Positions 8,441-18,757 of a DNA stretch of 32,308 nucleotides are shown piece after piece. Made by a program: the position numbers and the translations under genes. The notes under the pieces are model-generated. The model was not told where the DNA came from. It made no database searches and was given only the letters and a program-made list of their open reading frames with translations. Origin of the DNA: a virus (Duplodnaviria; Caudoviricetes). The stretch lies in IMG/VR virus record IMGVR_UViG_3300009179_000007, positions 1 to 32,308 of that record. One strand, given 5' to 3'. The number at the start of each line of letters is the position of its first letter. Positions within the stretch are counted from its first letter, which is position 1.

Positions 8441-9550
8441 ATGCTATCATTCAAAAAATGGTATAACCTACACGAAGGCGGTAATGTCATAATCGGCGAC
8501 ACCGCAGCAGAACGAATCGACCTCAAGACAATCGATAGAAAGAGAGTGGTATCCGAGATCGGTAAGGCTCTTAAAGCCATCTCCGACCGTTACGCCAGTT
8601 TCCACGGAATGCCTCTCTGGGGCGATGACTTATTCAGAGATAAAGGGTTCTTGAGCGGTTCTTCGCTTCATCTCTTCAATGCCGCCATCCCGGATGAGAC
8701 TTTCGTCAAGCACAAGCCTACTGTCGGAGATATCGATACCCAGGTAGACGGCAATCAGAAGAAGCAGATAGAAGACTTCCTGAAGAAGTTGCCTGCCGGT
8801 GAGAAAGTCGGTAACACCCTCTATGTCGGTTATAAGCCGTCCGGTGATCAGTTCATCACTCTCTGGACTATACCGTCTCTCGGTATCTCGGTACAAGTCG
8901 ATTTAGAACTCGTGGACTTCAAAGACGGACGCCCGACTCCGTGGAGTACGTTCAGTCACGGCTCTCCTTGGGAAGACCTATCGATGGGTATCAAGGGAGT
9001 CTTCCAGAAGTATCTACTCAGAGCTTTCCAAGCGCGCACAGCCAAGGATGTCTTGATCAGAGCCAAGACGCCCAGAGGTAAGGACAAGATAATCAGGAAG
9101 TCCGATTTGGCTTTCTCCTTAAAGGGACTTCGAGTTAGAATGACTCCGGTTCTCGATGCTCAGGGTAACCAGACGTTCAAGAACGGGATGCCGGTATATG
9201 ACGAAGTCGACTCGGCTACAGCAGATTACATCACCGATTTAGATGTTCTCTTTACGTCCTTCTTTGGAGTGAAGGGGAATAAAGCGGAAGTCGAGCAGAT
9301 GGGCTCGTTCGTCGGTTTAGTAGGGCTGATGAAGAAGTACATGAGTCCTACGGATCAGAAGAAGGTTCTCGACGGATTCGCGAATGTCCTTTGGGAGAAG
9401 GGTGCCCAAGGTTTAGTCAGAGGAGATCCCAGAGCCGATTACGATACCAAGATCAGGGCTTTCGATTTCATCACCAAAGGCTTGGGCATCGGTTCAATCG
9501 AAGATTTCGACTCGGTAATAAATAGTTATTACAAGGGATATAAGGCATGA
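8441..9550 (+). CDS. Putative Pol-beta-superfamily nucleotidyltransferase
   Basis: LSGSS...VGDIDTQVD (GS...DxD) with a downstream VQVDLELVD third carboxylate. GGAG RBS. Confidence 0.6.
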   Translation: MLSFKKWYNLHEGGNVIIGDTAAERIDLKTIDRKRVVSEIGKALKAISDRYASFHGMPLWGDDLFRDKGFLSGSSLHLFNAAIPDETFVKHKPTVGDIDTQVDGNQKKQIEDFLKKLPAGEKVGNTLYVGYKPSGDQFITLWTIPSLGISVQVDLELVDFKDGRPTPWSTFSHGSPWEDLSMGIKGVFQKYLLRAFQARTAKDVLIRAKTPRGKDKIIRKSDLAFSLKGLRVRMTPVLDAQGNQTFKNGMPVYDEVDSATADYITDLDVLFTSFFGVKGNKAEVEQMGSFVGLVGLMKKYMSPTDQKKVLDGFANVLWEKGAQGLVRGDPRADYDTKIRAFDFITKGLGIGSIEDFDSVINSYYKGYKA

Positions 9551-10464
9551 TTAGGTTTAGAGATTTTATAGCCATTCAAGAAGAAGTGGTCGCTTCAAGA
9601 AGACAAGGCATTACTCACCTCCAGGAAATGAAACCCGAAGAATTCGTCGCCTGGATGAGAACCGTTAAAACCGAGTTAGGGGGTATCTTGAAGAATGTCA
9701 AAGCCGTCATGAAGATCGATGGACTGGGTGCTCGATTCGGAAAGGATGCTAACGGCCGACCTTTCTTCGAGGGCAGCAGGACCGGTCCCGTATTCGATAG
9801 CGGCGCCTTTAGTGCTCATGCCAGAGGGAAGACGGACGATGTCGAAATGATAGCGAGAGCCGTTCACTATGATAACATGCTCGAGATCTTCAAGAAAGAA
9901 GACTTCATGAGTGCTCTTCCGAACAACACGAAAGTCGTGTGCGAAATCTTCTATAACCCGATGGCGGAAGAGACCGAGAAGGGAATCAAGTTCGTGACAG
10001 TGAGCTATGATAAGAGTAGGTTGGGCTCTCTGATGACGATTATGCCTTATACGGTACTGGATGCGTCTTCTGGGCACGATTCGCCGGATAAGAGCAGCAT
10101 TTTGAAATCACTCTATCAGAAGAGCTCGGATAAGATCAAAATCATCGATCCCAATCTCAAGTTCACGGAAATCGATGTCAGCGTTTACGCCGACGCGGCG
10201 AGCGTCTATAGCGATGAGTCTCTGCAAATCTTAAAGAGCCGTAAGGCAACGGACAGGGCAGACAAGCAGAACCTTCTGAACGCTCTTCAAAAAATCAAAG
10301 ATGATTTGGCTGATTACCTACTGACTCATCCCGGAATAGAAGGTAAGTTCAAACTAGGCCCTGAGATAGAAGGCGTGGTTCTGCACTTGCCCGATAGGGC
10401 CACGGGTACGGCGCCTTATAAAATTACCACCGATGCTTTCAAAGCATCGCATTCTAGGAAGTAG
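9547..10464 (+). CDS. RNA-ligase-like (covalent nucleotidyltransferase) protein
   Basis: Ligase motifs in order: KIDG (I), VCEIFY (III), EGVVL (IV) and YKITT (V). No OB domain is evident. Confidence 0.6.
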   Translation: MIRFRDFIAIQEEVVASRRQGITHLQEMKPEEFVAWMRTVKTELGGILKNVKAVMKIDGLGARFGKDANGRPFFEGSRTGPVFDSGAFSAHARGKTDDVEMIARAVHYDNMLEIFKKEDFMSALPNNTKVVCEIFYNPMAEETEKGIKFVTVSYDKSRLGSLMTIMPYTVLDASSGHDSPDKSSILKSLYQKSSDKIKIIDPNLKFTEIDVSVYADAASVYSDESLQILKSRKATDRADKQNLLNALQKIKDDLADYLLTHPGIEGKFKLGPEIEGVVLHLPDRATGTAPYKITTDAFKASHSRK

Positions 10465-10467
10465 AAC

Positions 10468-11560
10468 ATGATTGGCAGAAAGACACTAGCCGACTTGGCT
10501 GATCAAAATAAAACCTATTATGATCTGATTGTTAAACCGAGCAAGAATGTTAGAAAATTGCCTTACAAGATTCACCCTAAAGGTGCGGTGATGCTGAAGG
10601 CGGCACGGAAGTGAGTATACTCAATACGCGGTAATTCCTGCGAAAGAAAAGGTTAACATTCTGAATTCCAAATTGAAAGCTATCGGGAGCATGGATACGC
10701 TTCAGGTATCTTGGAAAGGAAAGGTAGGCTATGTGTCGCTGAATAGAATTTTAGCACCCAACCTCATCGGACGATTGAAGAATGTCTTTCAGAAACCTGT
10801 CAAACAACCTGATTCCAGAATCAACTATCTGAATAAGAAGATACGAGAGTGTCTGCAGTCGGTTGCTCAAGCACGATCGGCTCTTCCTAATGCTCAACCG
10901 CTTCAAGGATTGACGATACAGATTAAAGGTCAGAATTCGACGAAAGAGATGGAGAATGTGGCTTTTGCGTTCGACATCCCGCTAACGAAGGACTCTTTAG
11001 CTGATTTTGCTTTCGGGTCTTCTCGAACCGACCTGTCATACTGGTTTGCAAAGGTTCCCGATCCACCCAGCCTATCCGAGTTCTTTCAGGATATCAAATC
11101 CTTCATCTACTCCGACTCGTATCTTCAGAGGTTTTTAGACCAAGTTTTCAATAACTACATCGATAAGTCAGAAGGTAAACTCGCTCTCCAAACTTCTGTC
11201 TATCAGATACTCAATCCCAGCAACAATGAAGCCAGACAGTTCTTTATGAAAGCTATATCCGGTCCTACCGGAGCCATGAATGCCAACAGTGCTTCTAATG
11301 TTACATTCTATGCCAATGGTGATCCTACTCTCACTTTGGTAGACCCGGTCGCTGGTTTATGCAAGATGACCTTTAGTGAGGAAGTTCAGTTGAAAGAAGA
11401 TTTGATCGCTGTCTTCAATCAGAAGAAATCGTGTATCGTTGTCGAAAATTCTATGGGAGCGGTTGCTAAAATCAAAGGGAAAACGATTAGGAACATTTCG
11501 ATAGGTCTTTATTACATTGATTACATTAGAATGTTAAGAGATGCCATCGAACTTAAATAG
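10468..11560 (+). CDS. Hypothetical protein interrupted by a +1 frameshift at CGGA 10606-10609
   Basis: ORF from ATG 10468 stops at 10614, and the +1 frame is open from 10598 to 11560. The joined product reads ...MLKAA-GSEYTQYAVIPAKEKVNILNSKLKAIGSM... Confidence 0.6.
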
Positions 11561-11580
11561 ATAGATTATAGGAAAAGCAA

Positions 11581-12222
11581 ATGGAAAAACTAAAGCCGGT
11601 CGAGTTGTTCTTGGGGCGTATGCAACCGCTGCATAACGGACATAAGAAGATTATAGATTCGATGAAAAACCCTATCGTCGTAATCGTTAAAGGCAAGAAA
11701 AGCGGTGCCGATGCGGAACGCAATCCTCTGGATGAAGAGTACCAGAAGAAACTGATCGAAATGATCTTCCCGGGACTCGAGGTCTCTATCAGCCCAAATG
11801 GTTTCTTACCGGGCATCCTGGGATACTTCAGAAAGCAAGGTAAAGAAGTCACCAAGATCTATGCCGGTGCCGACCGTATTGCCGGCTATCAAGATGCTAT
11901 CAACCGAGCCAACGAGAAGATGCCGGAAGACCAAAGATATCGTGTCACGTTCCAAGAGACCGAAAGGGTGACGAGCGCGACCACGGTAAGAAACGCTATC
12001 AAGAGCGGAGACAAAGACACCTTCAAGAAACTGGTGCCTTCCGCTATATGGGGTGAGTGGGATACGCTCAGAAAGAAGTTAGGTGTCATGAAAGAAGGGA
12101 TTCTCAAATTCGGTCAGTGGATGGAAGATGCCGCAGTAACCACGACCGTTGCGATTAAAGATGCCCAGAAGGATATTCCTTTGGGTCCTATGGTGAGAAG
12201 AAAGCGAAAGAGAGGTGCATAA
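11581..12222 (+). CDS. HIGH-motif nucleotidyltransferase (cytidylyltransferase/NMNAT-like)
   Basis: FLGRMQPLHNGH, RNPL, YAGADR and SATTVR motifs. Confidence 0.8.
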   Translation: MEKLKPVELFLGRMQPLHNGHKKIIDSMKNPIVVIVKGKKSGADAERNPLDEEYQKKLIEMIFPGLEVSISPNGFLPGILGYFRKQGKEVTKIYAGADRIAGYQDAINRANEKMPEDQRYRVTFQETERVTSATTVRNAIKSGDKDTFKKLVPSAIWGEWDTLRKKLGVMKEGILKFGQWMEDAAVTTTVAIKDAQKDIPLGPMVRRKRKRGA

Positions 12223-12223
12223 C

Positions 12224-13001
12224 ATGCGGACTACCAAAGATCCCGTCTGTCGTTTATGATTTAACTATTCCCGGAACTGGTGAGGTTATCAAGTTCAGAC
12301 CGATGCTCGTAAAAGAGTATAAGGCTTTGCTGCAATCTCAAGAACTGGGAGATGATACCGGATTTATCAACACTATCAGAGGAATCATCGATGATTGTCT
12401 TCTGAATAAGGTAGATGTCGACGATTTGCCGATGTATGCCATCGATTACATCTTCCTTCGAATCAGAGCTAAGAGCGTCGGGGAAATGGTATCCGCCGAG
12501 TATAAGTGTAACGCTATGGTTGACAAGCTAACCGATCACGATGAAAACGGTGTAGCCCACTCATCGGAGAAGAAGCCCTGCGGTCAAAAGTTTATCGTTC
12601 AATTTAACCTGGAAGATGCCTTCGTTAAGTTCCCTGAAGACTTTCATAAGAAGTGCGTCATACAATTAACCGACGACATCGGTATCAGACTAAAGGCGCC
12701 GACTTTTAGGAGATTTCGCAGCGTGGGTTTAGAAGGGAAAGGTATGCTGGACATTACCGACGAATACGTTTTCGCTTGCGTCGACTCCATCTTCGAAGGA
12801 GAGAAAGTGATTACACCCTCCGAGTTCACTCTCGACGAACTCAGAGAATTCATAGAATCATTTCCGGCGGATAAGATAGATGCTATCTCCGAGTTCTTTC
12901 AGAATCAACCGAAAGTGACTATGGTGATGACGCTCACTTGCCCTGCATGTAAAAACCAAGCCATCGTCGAACTCAACGGGTTAAAAGATTTTTTCGACTG
13001 A
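12224..13001 (+). CDS. T4 gp26-like baseplate hub / tail assembly protein with a +1 frameshift right after the ATG
   Basis: ATG-CGGA-CTA CCA AAG ATC gives M(G)LPKIPSVVYDLTIPGTGEVIKFRPMLVKEYK. Also DYIFLRIRAKSVGE, CPAC and C-terminal LNGLKDFF. Confidence 0.8.
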
Positions 13002-13174
13002 TGTTCGCGAATGGCGAGCTTGCGGACATCTATAGAACGGATTTTTTGCTTGCCAAGGAACATAACATCACGTTATCGGAAATCAACGATATGGTTCCGT
13101 TTGAAAGGATGATTTACATAGGTATCATCATAGATTACCTAGAGAAGAAACAGAAGGCTATGCGCCAATTTTAA
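13001..13174 (+). CDS. gp51-like short baseplate hub assembly protein (57 aa, absent from ORF track)
   Basis: MFANGELADIYRTDFLLAKEHNITLSEINDMVPFERMIYIGIIIDYLEKKQK matches the 'LSEIxxMxPxERxIY' pattern of T4-like short gp51 genes. Confidence 0.75.
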   Translation: MFANGELADIYRTDFLLAKEHNITLSEINDMVPFERMIYIGIIIDYLEKKQKAMRQF

Positions 13175-13185
13175 GGGAAGAGTAA

Positions 13186-16100
13186 ATGCCATTACCCACT
13201 ATAAAAACAGTCGCACAAAAAACCGTTGGGGGTTTAAAGTCGATAAAGGAACGTTTGAGTACACCGACACCGGCGTCTCCAGCAGAGACTCCCGCTCAAT
13301 CGAATACTCCACCGACACCGACTAGAAATGTACCTACTCAAAGAGCTGCAAACAACCCGATTTCCAGGGTATCTAATACTGCCCGAAATCGACCTGCTGT
13401 TCCCGATGCCGGTGCGATTGCTTTTTCTAGAAACCAAGAAGCCAATGATAGGGCCATAGAGAGATCGAGAGCAGGATACAATCCGCTGATTCCTCTGATC
13501 CAAAATGTCAATATCACTCTGGTTCGGAATCGATAAAACTCTAAACAGCATTTTATCTATTCTTAAAGATCATCTCGACAACCTGCAATCCAATATGGGT
13601 AATACCGGAATCGGATTTACCGACATTGCAGGAGTCGTAGGTGGTGCAATAGGAGCGAAGACCCTTAAAGATAAGATCTTTGGACCGAAGGGTGGTCCAA
13701 AGCCACCTGGTGGAGCTACACCACCGGGTACGACGGCACCTAAGAAAGCGGGCTTCTTTGAAAAAGTCTTTGGTAAAAGTGGTTCGTCTATTGCCGATGC
13801 CGCTCACGGAAGACCACCTATTTCGACAGCCGCAGGTGCGGCAGGAGAAGTGGGTGCGGCTGAAGCAGGAGCAGCAGGAAAGGCGGGAGGCTGGTTTGGT
13901 AAACTCGGCAAGTTCATGAAGTTGGGTTCTAAAGTCGCGGCGCCATTAACGGTTGCCATGACCATGGCGGAAAACATGGATGAGCTTTCGAAGACAGGCG
14001 CAGTAAATCCTCTCGCGCAAGCTGGAAAAGCGGCGGGAGGATTAGGTAAAGTGTTCGATACGGATAAGCCTTTCTTCTCGATGAGTCGTTTGGAAGGTGC
14101 CGGTGAAGCCATAGGTGGCGCTACGGGTGCTGTCTATGGTGTCGGAACGCAGATAGGTAAGGCGATAAACGACATCATACCCGATGATGTCTCCGATCAG
14201 ATCGTGGATGGTATAGTCAGTCTCTTCGGTGGGGAAACGAATGCCGATAGAGCCAAGAAGCAGAAAGAACTGGAAGAGAAGCAAGCCAAGGACTGGGAAG
14301 AGCGCAAGAAGATTCGCGAAGCCGAAAAGAAGAGACTGGAAGACGAACAGAAGAAAGTCGACGAAGATAAGAAGGCTGCGGAAGAGAAGAGGATCGCGGA
14401 AGAGAGAGCTATCCTGAAAGAAGGACAGATGACTGCATCTGCTGGTAATACGGCAGGCGCGGTCAGTGATACTCCTGGAGTCAATGTCGCCAATACAGCG
14501 GACGTGGGTGGATTGAAACCATCATCTTCTTCGGTATCAGGAACGCTGAAAGGATTCGATACCAGTAAGCTACCCAAGCAGTTTAAAGACTTTGTGGCAG
14601 AAGTAGACAAAGAAGGCACCTATAAAGGTGACCCGAATTGGGCTCGAGAAGAAGCCAAGGATCGCTGGGATGAGTATGTGATGGAGGAGAAAAAGAAAGC
14701 CGTTCAGGTTCCTACTCCTACTCCAACTTCTCCTACTCCAGTGACTTCTGTAACGACACCTAACATCGTAGAGGCTACGCAAAAAGCAGCAATGGCGGTA
14801 CAGATTAACCAGCCGAAGGATCAACCGATTCCGGTGGCTATGACCGATGAGAAGGGAACACCGTTAGTCAGCTCGGTCGATAGAAAAGAGCAGGCCAACC
14901 TTCTTGGTGGGTCTACGCCAGCGCCAGCGCCAGCGCCTCCCGCTCCACCGCCAGCGGGAGCGCCAGCGGCACCGCCGGCAACCACAGGGGCGGGAGCGCC
15001 AGCAGCGGTACCAGCGCCGGCAGCAGGAGCACCGACGGCACCAGGAGCGCCGGCAGCCGCGCCAGTGGCACTGGGAAAGATAGATCATACGCCATCGACA
15101 TCAACCAGAAGCGTATCACAAACTCTGGAAGAATTAGGTTTAACTCCTGAAAGAATTTCGACCATTGCAAAAGCGGCGGGATTCGACATCAGTGTCGAAG
15201 AAGCCAAAAACAGCCCGGATAAAGCATTAGCGAAGATCGGTGTTAATGTGGCTTCGCTCTTGCATCAGAGCGAAGCTGAAACGCATATACCGACTGAAAA
15301 AACGCCATGGAGAGCGTTTAGTACAGAACAAAGAGGTAGCGGTAGTAGAGCCGGGACAGAGACGAAGAGAACGAACTCTAAATTCGGTGGGCAACCGACG
15401 GTAATAGAACAAGCTAAAGTTCATGCGGCAGTTCAAGATGTCGTGGCACAAGCACAAACGCCGACCACTCCATCGACACCGGTAACCACTCAACCGATTC
15501 CTGCACCGGGAATGGGCACGGGGGCACCAACAGCACCCGTGGCACCAGCGGGAGCGCCAGCACCAACCGCACCCGGACAACGAACGGTTGCGGGATCATA
15601 TACACCGACACCCGAAGATTCGAAATACTTCAAAGGTGATTTGAGTAAGCTGAAGGGAATGGATCCTGTCTTTGTCGATAAGCTCAAAGCCGCATCGGCA
15701 GAAGCGGGAGTCGCGTTGCCATTGACATCTGGATTTAGAACGCAAGAAAAGCAAGACCAGCTAAGAGCCGAAGCCGTTAAGAAGTATGGAAGTGAAGAGG
15801 CGGCATCTAAATGGGTCGCCAAAACCAGTATTCACACAACCGGTAATGCAGCCGACTTCAGCATGGGCGGCGATGCGGAGAAGTTCTGGAACAGCAATCC
15901 CGCTCTCGTTAAAGCGATGGAGAAGCAGGGGCTACATCGCCCGCTATCAAATGAAGCCTGGCATTGGGAAAGCGATCTCACTAAGGGTCAAAACCGAAAG
16001 GGACTTGCCGCTAAACTGATCGAACAAAGAAATGCTTCGCTTGCCGCAGGGACTCAACCACAAACAGGACAAGCTTCACTTGCTCAAACAGCACAAGGAG

Positions 16101-18091
16101 TGGCAACAGGAGTACCTGCAATGCTGGCTGCACAGGGAGTACCTGGTGCAGCCGCAGTATCTGGCGCAGTAGCAAAAGCACCTAAAATATCTGCGGATGT
16201 AATGGGAAGATTCAATCAGGTAAAAGGTAATCTTCAACAAGCTGCTCAAGCAACCGGTGTCAATGCGGGCACTTTGGCAAAAATAACCAATATAGAAAGT
16301 AGGTTCAAGACAGATGCAAAAGCGGGTATATCGAGTGCTCAAGGATTGGGTCAATTCATAAACTCGACATGGACAGAACAAATGGCTGCTCATGGAGCCA
16401 AATATGGTGTAAAGGGTTCTGGACCTAAAGGACAGATAACCAAAGAAGATGCTGAAAAGTATCGTAATGATCCACAGATGCAGGCTAACATGCTGGCAGA
16501 GTATAGCAAGCAAGGTATTAAGCTGGGCGAGAAGTATAACCTTGGCGATCAAGATGCCATGGTGTATGCACACCATAACCTTGGTCCTGGTGGTGCGAAA
16601 AGGCTATTTGAAGCTGCGGGCAAGAATCCTAATGCGCCTATTACTTCGGTTCTTACTGCTAAAGAAATAAAGAATAACCCGTCTCTTTATAAATCAGGGA
16701 TGACTGCTAAAGAAGCTTTTGATAATCTTGGTAAAAAGATGCGTGAAGGCGAGAAATTCGCACAAGAAATGGGGGCACCATCTCAGCAGATCTCAGCATC
16801 TCCAACGACTCCTACAGCACCACAAGTCACTCCGGCTCCAACGACTACGACGGCACCACAAGTCGAGACGGGAACCGCAATGGCTCCGCCGCCACCGGCA
16901 ACCGCTGCTGCTCCTGCGACTCAACCGGCTCCAACGACTACGACAGCAACTCAACCAGCACCTACTCGAGTACCGGTCGCTGCGGGTAAAATCGATCATA
17001 AGCAATCCACTTCAACCAGAAGTGTCGATAGCTCTTTGGCTGAAATGGGATTGACTCCCGATATGGTGAAAGCCGGCGCTTCCGCATTGGGTATGGGTGA
17101 GAAGAGCGCCGACGAGCTATTGACCATGGGTGGAAAAGAAATCGCCTCATTGCTTCATCAAGGAGAAGCCTACACTCATACACCGACTGCAGAAACACCA
17201 TGGAGAGCGTTCAGTTCGGCACAAAGAGGTAACGGTAGTAGAGCAGGAAAAGAAACGATTAGAACCAACTCGAAGTTCGGTGGACAGGCTACGGTCGAAG
17301 AAAAGGCGCGTCTTTCTCCAAATCCTATTGCTCAAAATACGGTTAGCGGCATGACTCCACCGGCTGCCGATATCTCTACTCAGGCGCCATCGGATGTTGC
17401 TGCATTAGGACCAAGAGCGGCTCAAAACTATAACCTGCTGGGTATGCCGCAAGTCCAAGCATCATTGGATGCTTTGCAAGCAGGTGGCGCAAAGATAGGT
17501 AGCGGTCTGTCGGCAGTCGATGCGATCAGGCAAAGCGGCGGACTCGGTCCTATGGTGGGCGGTGACCTTTCAGGATTAGTGGGTCGTGTAGCACCGGAGT
17601 TATCTTCTGCGGTCAACGGTATTCAAGGTGTCTTTAATCAGTCGTTATCCGGCGGTGGGGGATTCGCAAGGAACTTCAATCAAGCTACCGGCAACGCCTT
17701 AAAAGGAACCGGAATACCTAAAGCCATAGGCTCTGCATTAGGCACCTCTGGAATTCAAGGACCTATATCGGTCGGCAATGCTGCAGGCGGGGTGCTTTCA
17801 TCTCTGATGGGAGGTGGGGCTGCTCCATTACAAGCCACACCTAATCAAGGACTCGGTAATGCATTAGAGAACGCGGGATGGAATGATAAGATGGGTGAAA
17901 TGCAAGCCAGTGCCTCGACTCAAAGTGCTATGAGTGCCCAGAATAGTGCAATGAGACCGTCGGAGACCAGAGGACCTTCCGAAAGAGGATCCTCTGTCAT
18001 GGACGGTCAAAATACACCAATAGAGGTTAGAAACCCCGAGTCGAGTATCAGGCGATTAACCGATATGCTGATCGCGTATACCTTCGGTTAA
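13186..18091 (+). CDS. Giant tape-measure / baseplate-hub-like protein with M15 peptidase and lytic transglycosylase domains; +1 frameshift at CGGA 13525-13528
   Basis: Lies after gp26/gp51 and has a coiled-coil and Pro/Ala/Thr linkers. M15 motifs SGFRT..Q, SIH..GNAAD and EAWH; SLT motifs IESRF, SAQGLGQFI and HNLGPGG. ORF 13186-13536 joins ORF 13505-18091 by a +1 shift. Confidence 0.7.
15073..15420 (+). repeat. Internal domain repeat, copy 1 (copy 2 at about 16984-17310)
   Basis: GKIDH..STSTRSV...ASLLHQ.EA.TH.PT..TPWRAFS..QRG.GSRAG.ET.RTNSKFGGQ.TV occurs twice in the protein. Confidence 0.9.
16984..17310 (+). repeat. Internal domain repeat, copy 2
   Basis: Second copy of the same motif block as 15073-15420. 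Confidence 0.9.
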
Positions 18092-18757
18092 GAGTTTCTT
18101 CCGCCCGATAGGGCATCGAAGAGATTCGCGAGGCTGCTGATTAAGGTGTCGTCTTCTGCCGGTGCGCTTCGAGCGAGTGCGATGAGGTCTGCTTTTTCGC
18201 TCTTCGCTCTATTCAAAGTCGAGGCTCTGACTGCTGCAGAAGATGATTTAAAGAGCGCGCTGTTATTGGCGATCTTGTAGTCTTGAATAGCGGAAACGAT
18301 GTCGACGTCGCTCATCTTATCGATGCTTCTTCCCGATAGTGCCTTGGTGATGAGCGAAGTTCCTCCACCGAATTGCACGCTCGTGGACCATATCGCATCC
18401 TGTACGGCTGGACCTCTCTTCGTGAGATCGATCCCTTTTTGCCTCAGCAAATCGATTTGAGGTTGATAGTGAGTCAGGCGAATGAACTCATGCTGCTTCT
18501 CGCCGAAGTCGGGATAATACTCCGGTGCCTTCTTCCAAAGCGCAGTGAACTTCGGTGTACCGGGTTCGGCAAAACCGAAGTATTGCGTATATCCCATTCG
18601 TTTGACGAAGACGGCACAGGTTCCGGTTTTAGAGGATAGCTGATAGGTTCCGATAAGAAACACCACCGCGATCGCCCGCACCGGAAGAGACGGTCGTCGG
18701 TCCGCCATTCTTTCCGACTTCATATCTGCGAGATGTATCTCCTAATTGCCAACTCAT
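18088..18757 (-). CDS. Lysozyme-like peptidoglycan hydrolase (probable endolysin, VgrG3-C-like) with a +1 frameshift at 18652-18649
   Basis: Start ATG 18757 overlaps the upstream stop and gives MSWQLGDTSRRYEVGKNGGPTTVSSGAGDRGGVSY. After CGGA the frame continues TYQLSSKTGT, rebuilding the YE...GD.GG.SYG.YQ motif. Later AVQDAIWSTSVQFG. Confidence 0.75.

Noticed and set aside
7644-8450. Long antisense ORFs (for example 7644-8450 and 23792-24451)
   Set aside because: They are shadows of well-supported plus-strand genes with biased codon usage and have no recognisable motifs.
11581-12222. NAD reconstitution (NARP) anti-defence pathway
   Set aside because: No Nampt/Namat or Adps partner is present in the window, and the HIGH enzyme's substrate is unknown.
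14916-15070. GC-rich CCAGCG-type tandem repeats as a CRISPR array or VNTR
   Set aside because: They encode the Pro/Ala linker of the tail protein and have no repeat-spacer structure.
18653-18723. Track N-terminus MKSERMADRRPSLPVRAIAVVFLI read as a signal/SAR anchor of the lysin
   Set aside because: The alternative frame from ATG 18757 carries the conserved catalytic residues and is coupled to the upstream gene.
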